DNA from: Euglena gracilis
Taxonomy: Eukaryota
Assembly: GCA_039621445.1 (NCBI GenBank)
Contig: CP154954.1
Span: 38,425,703-38,489,702, forward strand
DNA length: 64,000 nucleotides
Direction of reading: 5' to 3'
Shown: positions 12,140 through 22,300 of the stretch, one piece after another
Position numbering within the stretch: the stretch's first letter is position 1
Layout: every line of letters begins with the position of its first letter
The notes under the pieces: generated by a model
Databases searched by the model: none
The model's input: only the letters and a program-made list of their open reading frames with translations
What the model was told of the DNA's origin: nothing
Made by a program: the position numbers and the translations under genes

Positions 12140-13413
12140 TCAGCAAGTCCAAATCACTCCTTCATGGTCTGAAGGAAAGATAGGAGGCTGTTGTTGAGCT
12201 GTCTGATGGGAGGCTCCAGTCCTGTCTCCTCCCTCTCCCGAATGGCTTTGGCTCCTCCTCCTTCTTGGTAAGGAGGGGGGGGGTGCTGACCCCAGGCCCT
12301 CCAGAGGCTGGCTGGGCAGAGGACACTGCTGCTGAGGTGTTGACAGTTCCTGGGGGGATGGCATTGTGCCCCACCGAATGGCCCATCAACAGCTGGTACT
12401 TCCACCAGGGTAGGTCTGCAGACATTGCCCCAGAGGGGTCCACATAGTAAACAGGCTGGGGAGTCATATACATCTGGTTCTGGCCACACATTGTCTGGCC
12501 CTGGCCAAGCAAAACTGCAGCTTGTCCTGAAAGGCCTGCTGTGGCTGCAGCTGCTGGTGTATACATCACAGACTGGGGATGGGGTACTTGATGACCTGTG
12601 GCAGATGCTGCAGCAGAGGAGTCCAAACTGGAAGAAGGCTGAGGCAGTTGATAAAATGTTGTCCATGGAATAACCCCAGATGGCAGATGTACAGTGCCTG
12701 ACCTTCTCTGTGCAGGGTACTCTCTCTGCTGCCCATACTCCTGCTGCTGCAGGGCTCTTCTCTGTGCTGGGTAGTCTCTCTCCAGCTGCTCAAACTCGTG
12801 CTGTTGCTGCAGGGGTCTTCTCTGTGCTGGGTAGTCTCCCAACTGCTACTCATACTCCTGCTGCTGCTGCAGGGGTCTTCTCTGTGCAGAAGAATCTCTG
12901 ACCTGTCTCTCTTGGTCAGGCCACCTCCAGTCTGGAGGGAACTCAGCTGCACTCCTCCTGTCTGGAGGGTTTCCACCACGTTAAACATTGAATCTCTTTC
13001 TGTCAGGGCTTCTGCTGCGACTTCTGGTCTGTCTTCCCCAGTACTCAGCTCTTCTTTTCCTGTCAGCTTCCTTCTGTTCCCAACGCAGCTGGCGAGGTCG
13101 TTCTGGGCATATAAAATATATTTGCATATAAAATCCTTTCGGAGCTCCCGGATGTGCACTTTCCGATGGAGAGGACTTGGAGAATCTCCAACTCCACCGG
13201 GGAATTTTTTCATGCTGACAATGAGAAAAAATGATTATTCATGCTCATAAAAGCAACCATTTTGTTTACAAAAAAATTCGAAAAACGCCAAAAAATTCAC
13301 ATCACATACGAAGAACCCCACCTGCGTTTCAGATAGTTCTCATACTCATCTGCTTCAAGGAAACCTTCTCCTTCATCCTCCTCTCTGCTGTCTCGGCTCC
13401 AACGCCTTCTCAT
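12140..13413 (-). pseudogene. CRE N-terminal (ORF1-like) region with an in-frame intron at 13215-13321 and Q-rich repeats
   Basis: Exon 13413-13322 (MRRRWSRDSREEDEGEGFLEADEYENYLKR) splices in frame to ORF 12566..13213. About four YPAQRR-LQQQ repeats lie at ~12705-12895. Frameshifted. Confidence 0.6.
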
Positions 13414-13491
13414 GAAATGCCACAGTTTGTCGAACTCGGAGCTTCAAACTATACCCCTGGTGGGGCTTTCACTTGTCCGACATGTGATATG

Positions 13492-13518
13492 CGAAAAAAA
13501 AATAGACACTCAGAAAGT
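13492..13518 (-). other. Euglenid spliced-leader exon sequence (relict, not an SL RNA gene)
   Basis: The minus strand reads ACTTTCTGAGTGTCTATTTTTTTTTCG, matching the Euglena SL as I recall it with one extra T. It is followed by CATATCACATG, not a GT donor. Confidence 0.92.
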
Positions 13519-13881
13519 GCCACCAATTTAAATTTTTTTTTTGGGAATCCACCAGCATCCACAGGCGTCGGTGGGAGCGGGGAGAGTTGAGGGTGAAGTA
13601 GAAGGGCGGTGAGGGGCACAATACGGAGGGGGGATAGCGAGTGAGAGAGGAAAGTGTACAGCGGCAGGAAAGGTTCAATGGAACGGCCATGGGGACTGTT
13701 GAGTGTTGAGGTTGTGGCAGCGACAAGTTCAGGTTTTGGGGAGTTGGCGCAGGGAAGGCTCTGTTTTCAGTGCGGTAAGGGTTTGGACGTCTTTGTAGAC
13801 TTGGTCCATTCGTTGCAAGGTGTGATTTGCTTGTTTTTTGGTTTAATTAGTCTTGTGGTTGGTTATGCGTACACGGTAACA

Positions 13882-13932
13882 AACGGTGGTGGGGCGAACC
13901 GAATCCACCGACCAGTGGCACAGCCTACTGGA
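13882..13932. repeat. 51-bp double-hairpin motif, copy 2
   Basis: Identical to 3428-3478 and in the same orientation; the flanks are unrelated. Confidence 0.9.
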
Positions 13933-14244
13933 TTTGTTGTGTTCAGGGGAGTAAGGCTATGTACAGTGGATAGAGTCTGTGCGAGGAGAAGGAGGTGTGG
14001 GGGCAGGTAGGAAGTGCGAGCTTAGCAGCGAGAAACGAACATGCTGAAAAGCTGGGTGGCGGGGTGTTGGGAGTGAGACCGATGCCCCGGTGTTTCGATG
14101 GTGAGGTGGTGGGCATGCTCCGTCTATGCGTACGGTTATGCGTACGGTTGGTGTTAAAATTTAATCTAGAATTAAGAATCAAAACAAAAATATCGCGAGT
14201 TTCTTTCCGCACAGAAGCCTGCCAACCAAAAATTCTTCCCAGCC

Positions 14245-16278
14245 ATGTCAGAGGATGACTTTGCTGAGCTGAATTTAGTAGATCAAGCAAATACTGATCC
14301 TGGGATCCCTCGTCATATCCCAATTACTAAAGGCATCTTGAGGCTTGGACGGGTGTATGTTCCTTGCCTGTGCCAGTTGACTGTCTTGCTGAAACCCTTA
14401 ATACATGGGATTTTTTTCCACCATGGCCCTCCATCGATGGTCATTTATTTTGATTTTTGGCCGCATGGCCATTGTTTTTTGGGGGGGGCAGGTGGCCATA
14501 TACGTTATATAATATTCAGCAGGAGGGGGTCAATGGGGGGTGCTCATCTGTTACAGTTGGCATCTTCCTTTCCCTTTGTCCTCCTGCCTTTTTTTGCACT
14601 TGGGCCCTTCAAAATAACCCTGGAAAATGGGCCCAGGTGCTGGTGGCTTTCTGCCCATTTGTGTGAACACCCTTTGTGGGGGCCAAGGTGCGACAGGGCC
14701 ATTTTCACCAAACCCCATCCCTTCAAAATAACCCCAAATCACATGGAAATAAAACCAAACGGCACCAACCTGCTGCCTTCCATTCCATTCCATTCCATTC
14801 CCGTCCTTCCCTTCCAAATTACTACCCCCCCCCCTCTTATTTGACAGTATTTGTCTGTTAGTCGATTCACGGCAAAACAGGTCGATCCACACCTATTTTT
14901 GGCCTACTTTGGGTCACTGATGGACAGGGAAAGCACAAAACAGGATCAGAAGCTACGTCTGGTGTCGGCACAGGTCTGGAGAGTTTGTGGAGCCACACGC
15001 ATAGCCACCCACAGGTGCGGTTGCGGAACGCCCTATCCCTAACCCCATTCTTGACCCTATCCCTAACCCTAACCATGTCCCTACAGTCCCTAGCCGTAAA
15101 TTTCCCCCCCCCCCAGGGAGGGTTTTTTGGGCTCTTGACCAGGGGGGGGGGATTTTCGGCCGTTTCGGGCACTTTGTCCCGTCCCTTCTATTCTTTGAAG
15201 CCATGAAGCCGACCGGGATTCGGAATTCATTTGCCGTATGTTGTGGGGTTGTTATGGTATATTCCCGAACGCCTCTGTTCAGGGCGGTGGGTCTTATTGA
15301 TAGATACATGCCGGGGATGGTTCAATGGACAAAAAACCCCAAAGGATGCCAACTCCTCGACCCAGGGGCCATGCAAGTGGTGAAGCTGTGCTGCCCTTGC
15401 ATGTACAAAAAAAAAGTCCCAACCCACCTGCCTTAGCTGTTCCTCTGGGGCTGAAGGGGGGGGGGAAAGTTTTCGCCCGTTTCGGAGCCTTTTGCAAAAC
15501 CAGGAAAATTCCCAAATTTCAGGGGGGGGGAAATTTTCGGGGGGGGGACAATTTACGGCTAGGGACTGTAACCCTAACCATAAACCATAACCCTAATCCC
15601 TAACCCCAACCCTAACCCTACCCCTAACCCTAACCCTATTCCTAACCGTATCCTTAATCCTGGCCCTAACCCTAACCATATCCAAAACCCTATCCCTAAC
15701 TGTATCCCTGACCCTATCACCCCAAACCCAAACCCTATCCCTAACCTAACCCTAACCATTTACCTAACCCGAACCCCAAACAAAACCCAAACCCTAACCC
15801 AATCCCTAACCCTATCCCCAAGCCCTGTAGCCGGTTTCCTAACCATAATTGGTGTGAATCGACTAACAGACTTGATGCCGTGGATCGACTAACAGACAAG
15901 TAGGGGGTGTTCCCCCCGCGTCCCCCCGCGTCCCCCCGCGTCCCGGATTTTGGCCGGGCACGTTTTTTTGGTTGACCAAAGGAAAATTACACACAAATTT
16001 AGGTGACGCCAAAGAAAACGTGTGGGGGTGGTTGGGCCACGTCCCCCCGTGTCCCCCCCGCGCCCCCCCCCCCCGTGTCCCCCCCCCGCGTCCCGAACCA
16101 CCCCCATACCTATTTTGACCCCCCCCATTAATTGAGCATTTGGGTCTGGGAAGAATTTTTTTAGGCGCCAAAGGCGCTGAAAATTTTTTTCGTCCTCTAT
16201 CAAAGCCAAATTTCGACCCCCCCCTTAATTGACCCCCCCCCTGAACTGAGCATTTGGGGTCCTTTGGGCCACACACAT

Positions 16279-16327
<49 letters not shown>

Positions 16328-19300
16328 TCAGGGGGGAAATGCGTTTCGCATTTTTTTTTGCATTTTTGCGCATTTTTTCAAATTTTTTCGCATTTTTTTT
16401 TCGCATTTTTTTCCTTTTTTTCCGCACGTTTTTTTGCTTTTTGGCACAGTTTTTTGTGATTTTCCAAAATTTTCGCATTTTTTTGACCATTTTTGACCAT
16501 TTTTTGCAAAAATTTGAAAATTTTGACTTTTTTGAAACGTACATTTTCCTCATTATTACATAATTTCTTCAAATTTGGTGCCATTTTTGCACGTTTTTGG
16601 GTAATTTTTGCATTTTCGTGATTTTTGCGCATTTTTTCTCAGATTTTGCACATTTTTGCGCATTTTTCTCCAAAAATGCGCATTTTTTGTGCATTCTTTT
16701 GCGCATTTTTGCGCATTTTTTTCCGAGGCCGGGCGAGCGCATTTGCTCCCCTGCACACATTCCGAAGCACACATGCACACACCCACACCACATCATTTTT
16801 AATGAAAGATTTTTGCACCATATTTTCCAATGATCTCCCCAAATTCTTCTTTTCAATTTGCGAAACTGGTGGAAGATGGACAGCGCCAGAAAAAGATACA
16901 AAAACACCCCCTTTTCCATACTTTTGAGCATATTGCCCTTTTTGATCATTTTTCGATGTTTTGGTGTTTTATGAAAGATTTTCTATACAAAAATCGACCG
17001 ACACTAACAGATTCAGCAGGGGCGCCGGGCGCGAGCGAGCGAAGCGAGCCGCCCGGCGCCCCTGCTGAATCTGTTAGTGTCGGTCGATTTTTCTAAAACC
17101 TATTTTGTCTGGGCCCGACGCCTGTCTTGATATTCATTCGACCGAACCGCCTGGACGGAAATATGGTCAAAAAAGTGGTTTTTGGCCCATTAACGGGCGC
17201 CTGAATGGAAATCGACCGACACTAACGGGCGCCTGAATGGAAATCGACCGACACTAACGGGCGCCTGAATGGAAATCGACCAACACTAACGGACGCCTGA
17301 ATGGAAATCGACTGACATAAACGGTTTCCGATGTCTTGGAAATCGACCGACCTTTTGTGTCCTTTTTTTGAATGCCTTTTGTTCCGTTTCGGGACATTTT
17401 AGGTGTCAGCCTGAAATCCGTTAATGTCGACCCAACCTTTTGTTCCCTTTTTCGGAATGCAGCTTTTCTTCCATTTTGAAACAAACAATCTCTACATCAA
17501 GAACTGTGTCTTAAACGCAGACTCTGCATTTTTTCGGAATGCATTTTTTCTTCCATTTTGCCAAGAACAATCTCTACTACAAAAAAGGGGTGGCGGACGC
17601 CGGTTCTGTCCAAAACCCGGCGTTCCAAACGCCGGTTCCGTCCGAAGGACGGAACCGGCGTTTGGAACGCCGGGTTTTGGACAGAACCGGCGTCCGCCAC
17701 CCCTTGTTTAAAGCGGCGTTTTAGAGACGCCGGGTTCAGGACAGAACCGGCGTCCCCACCCTTCGGTCAAAGGACACTCCCAGGACCAATCTCCGACCAC
17801 TTATCTGCAATGTCACGCCACCTTGCATTTCACCAAATTCCGGCGATCGCGAGGGTATTTCTGGCTGTGTCGATCGCCTGGGTACAAACTCACCCCTCGA
17901 TCGAAAGCTCTTTTCATCAGACGACTGGCGATCACCACCAAATTCAGCGACGCCGCCTGGAGCTCTTACTTTCTGTCACTGGGAAATCCTAATTTCACAA
18001 CTCTGGTGCCCCCCAGAACCCCTCAGGTGGTCGCTTCGAAGAGAAGAAACGTTTCTGTAAGGTTTATTCAGCATCTTAAACCAAAAATCACTGAAAATTA
18101 CCACAAATTTCGACTAAGATTCTGGCCGATCCGACGATCGCGAGCGTATCTCTGGCTGCGTGCAACGTTAGGGTACCAAGTTACCCCTCGATCGAAAGCT
18201 CTTTTCAACAGACGACCAGCGGTGCTCATCAGACCTTTCCACGCCGCACGGTACTCTTTATCAAAATCTGGGCCAATTTCACGAAATTTGGACATCCACC
18301 CCACTGGTCCCCAAATGGCAAAAATCATTGTCCTACATGGTTAAAACAGTCATACCAGGAGCTTTGGGCCACTTTTGGGCACTTTTGGTGACATTTTTAG
18401 GAATGAAAATCGGACGCCGGGTTTTGGACAAAACCGGCGTTCCTAACGCCGGGTTTTACACAAAAATCGTCCATGTCACCCGGACACACCGTGTGTCCGG
18501 GTTATGGGCGCCGAAGGCGCCCATAACCCGGGTACACGGTGTGTCCGGGTTACAATGGACGATTTTTGTCTATATCCGTTGACTAAGAGGCCCAAGACAC
18601 ACACTGTGTCTCGTGGAACTTAGCCACGCAATGTCTACCCCGTATTTTTTTGCGATTTTTTGTCAAATTTTCAGTTCACGATGACACACACTGTGTCTCG
18701 TGGACTGCCAGTCCACGAGACACAGTGTGTGTCCTCGTGAACTGAAAAAAATCAAGAATTCCCACTGGTCCGACCAACAAGGGACAAGTTTTACCACATT
18801 CCGCTACCTGTCCTTGCAGTTTTTTCTTTCGGAAAATGAAGAAGACCGCAAACAGTGTGGACCGCATGCTCCCCCGACCCCCGAAACCAGATGAATTTGT
18901 TGCTACACTGGAAAAGTATTTGGTCGATTTGCAGAAGGGCCCTGCTGTTGACCCAATACACGGTACGTTGTTGGCCAACGTGTTGGAAGAGAAGCCAAAA
19001 GGGACCGCAATTGCTGAGCGTGTAGCTGTTACACGCCTGTTGGAGTTCCAGCAGGTGTGTAAACATCTGAACGCTCAGTATGAGGACCTGGATGGCTTTT
19101 TTTCCGCATGGGCTGGTTGGGTCATTGACCCCAGATATTTGTTTGATGAGGCTACCCTCATCAATCAAGCTGAGCAACAACGCCGGGGCACAGTGTGGCA
19201 CCACATTCAGTTTCGAGACATACCTGTACCATCTCAGCTGTTACAGCTCACGGTTGTCCGGTGACCATCTTTCCACTGCCCTGCTGCATTGCATTAGATG

Positions 19301-22300
19301 TAGAACACCTCGCATTTCTGGCAAACACCTTTTATTTTTCAGTCCACGAGACACAGTGTGTGTCCCAGTCCACGGGGACACACACTGTGTCTCGTGGACT
19401 CAGTCCACGAGACACAGTGTGTGTCTTGGGCCTCAGTCCACGGATATTAGGACAGAACCGGCGTCCGAAAACCCGTGGGGGGGGACGCCGGTTCTGTCCT
19501 GAACCCGGCGTCTCAAACGCCGGTTTTATCTCAAGAACTGTGCCTAAAACGCAGACTCTGCATTTTTTTAGAAACACAGATTTTGACCAAAGCCATGTTG
19601 CCAGGAACACAGCCTTGCAATAGAATAGAATTGCAATACAGGCGTCGAGCCCAGAAAATAGGTTTAACGTGGCCAAATTACTCCTCACCCGAAAGCTTTT
19701 CTTTCAGATGACCAGTGATAACAACTGGTTCAGGGCAAATTTGCCGAATGCTTTTTCTGAAGTCCCAGAAAATGATAATCTTCAGCTCCGTCCTTCCGTC
19801 TGTTCCATCAAAGTTCAGCCAGCTGTGATCACCTGACCACAAAATTTGGTTTTTTTCTGGTCCAAAACGCCTCCACAACCCCATAGGACCAAAAATGTCT
19901 TCAAAAAAGGGAGATCCAAAATGTCCAAAAAGTCACCAAAAATTCCCAATCTGACCAGCAACAGATTTCAATGGAATGGAAATCGACCGACATAAACGGG
20001 CGCCTGAATGGAAATCGACTGACATAAACGGGCGCCTGAATGGAAATCGACTGACATAAACGGGCGCCTGAATGGAAATCGACTGACACAAACAATTTCA
20101 GGCTGAAATCCGTTAATGTCAGTAGAATTTCAAGACAGGCGTCGGGCCCAGAAAATAGGTTTTAAGATTTTTCAAAAATGAGCATTTTTGGATTAATTTT
20201 CTACACACAAATTGTGGCTGAGCCCAGATTTCAGCCTGAAAACGTGTTCAGCCAGGGGGCCCCCGAAGGGGGCCCCCTGACGTTTTCAGGCTGAAATCTG
20301 GGCTCAGCCACAATTTGTTTGAAAACGTGCCTAACCACAGATGCCTTAATTGAAAACGTGTCATTGCCACAGATGCCCTCATTGAAAACGTGTCACCCCC
20401 CCCCTTTTTTTTTTTTTTTTCCCACTATGGCGAAACGCACGGCTAACTTTGTGAATGGTCTTTTGCCACCTCCCCCTAGGACGGAACTGTTCCTGGCTGC
20501 TCTCGCGGTATACCAGCAAGATGCCAAGAAGCCGAAGGTTGACCCCCTTCTGGCACCTTGCTGGCACAGGGCAACGTAAAGAAAAGGTCCGGCTCCGTGG
20601 GAGCAGAGGCTGCTGTTGCCAACTGTTTGGAGTTCGCCAAACTGTGTCAACATCGGAAGCATCTTATCCTGAGCTGCATGCTTTCTTTGTTGCCTGGATG
20701 GGATAGGAGCTGGAACCCAGCCTGTTGTTCGATGAGGCGAGCGTCATTTAACAATGTGTGGCTCAACGTGAGCAGCAGTCGGGAACTTTGTTCGTTTCAG
20801 GGAATTGTTCGGCAACCTCTTTTCTTCTTTGCCATTCCCAAAAATCCAAATTGGAGCTGAACAAAGTTGTGTGTGACGCCTGTGGTTTGGCATATCATTT
20901 TCATTGCCAAGATTTGCGGTGGCCACCAAAGTTTGGCTCTTTTTTTGTGTAAAGCGTGTCGTGTTCCGTGAGGTCCGCCACTCCGTGTCGTTGTGCTCCA
21001 AGGCAACCTAGCTTTCTGTTGTGTTTAGAGTGCCCTCGATCCGCCTCACTCGTTGAGGACCACCCGGCCTCGCAACCGCCCGCCGATTTTTCATGACAGC
21101 GTTTTTTGCTTTTTACTCAGGGTTGCCACAGATGCCTCATTGAAAACGTGCCTGACCACAGATGCCTTAATTGAAAACGTGTCATTGCCACAGATGCCCT
21201 CATTGAAAACGTGCCTAACCACAGATGCCTTAATTGAAAATGTGTCATTGCCACAGATGCCCTCATTGAAAACGTGTTCATGACCACGAATTTCAGGGCA
21301 GGCATTTGGCGGGCTGAACATGTTTTTAAGGCACGTTTTTAAAGAAATCAGGGATTTTTGAACAATTTTGCCCGATTTTCCAGCCGTTTGCCCGTCCACA
21401 AAACCAGCCCCCCCCCCAAATTTCGAGGTAGGGGGTGGGGGGGGGGGTCCCTCATCCATCCTCCCCGTCGGGCCAGGACTTTGGGAGATAAATAATACCC
21501 AGGGGTGTTCACCTCCTCCTCTGTCCCTCTACCCCCGGGGCACGAGGTATCAAAAAAAAAAAGTGGCAAGTTTTGGTTCATATCAGGTGGCCGCACCGTC
21601 CCCGGGCGGAATATTGGCCATGCTGGTTCTGGACGGGCCGACCTCTGGAGGTCGACAGAAATGGCCACTGACTGTGCTGCATTATCCCTCGGGCCGACCT
21701 AGTCAGCCCGACCTGTTGCTGCGGCCGCGCGAGGGGGGGGGGGCTCGGACCTGGCCAATCCACGCACCAATCCCCCATTGTATCTGCCGGCTGTAACTTC
21801 ACCTTCCAAAGCTGGTGTCTCCTCCGAGTCCCCCCCCCCACGTCCCAGACACACCCTATGGGTGGGGCGGGAGGGTCCAACCACACCCCACCATGCCGCA
21901 AAGGGGCAAAGCAACTCCCTGGAGATTTCACATCCAAGGACCTGATTGCCTCTTCATTCAACTGTTCCATTTCTTTCCTTTTCCCCCTCACAGAGAACAC
22001 CCAGATTATGCTGATGTTGCCATCAAGTCTGCCAAATTTGAGGCCATGGTGTCTCGAAAACATGCACCCAAGATGTCACAAAGCATCAATTTCTTCACCC
22101 CAATACCTCCTGGAACCCACAACCAGACAATGGCAAGGGAAAAGTCAAGGCTCAGCAAAAAAAATAATCTTCGCTCGGCCAGTGTCCTGGGACCACAAGG
22201 GGGGGGGGGGAATGACGGGGGGTTGCTTGGTTTTTTTTGCCATTTGAGAGAAAGTGAACTGGAGTGGGAGGAACATGGGGGGAGTGGGCAATAATTGAGG

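Larger units (their letters stand above)
4430..13518 (-). mobile_element. CRE-clade (RLE-type) non-LTR retrotransposon, frameshifted; the 5' boundary may extend to 14165
   Basis: RT, CCHC and RLE motifs in order. The 5' end carries a spliced leader, and the 3' end is tandemly repeated and ends at a microsatellite. Confidence 0.9.
17578..19528. mobile_element. Asymmetric hairpin element H2 (inside H1)
   Basis: Perfect palindrome at 17585-17705 (59-bp arms, GAA loop). Subterminal IR ~17709-17757 pairs with terminal IR ~19481-19528. Confidence 0.8.
16988..20164. mobile_element. Asymmetric hairpin element H1 (outermost of the nest)
   Basis: Palindrome at 16989-17092; subterminal IR 17094-17130 pairs with terminal IR 20130-20164. 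Tandem ~32-bp repeats (aacgggcgcctgaatggaaatcgaccgacact) lie at ~17190-17350 and ~19975-20090. Confidence 0.8.

Noticed and set aside
13440-13520. SL RNA gene or linked 5S rRNA
   Set aside because: There is no GT donor after the SL exon and no recognisable 5S sequence.
15570-15845. True telomere
   Set aside because: It is degenerate, interstitial and enclosed by TIRs within an intron.
16989-17092. Parvovirus/AAV ITR (hairpin with GAGC repeats)
   Set aside because: No rep or capsid ORF is nearby, and the hairpin is explained by the shared H1-H4 architecture.
17190-17350. ~32-bp repeats (also ~19975-20090 and ~21125-21280) as a CRISPR array
   Set aside because: The repeats are head-to-tail with no unique spacers, there are no cas genes, and the context is a eukaryotic intron.
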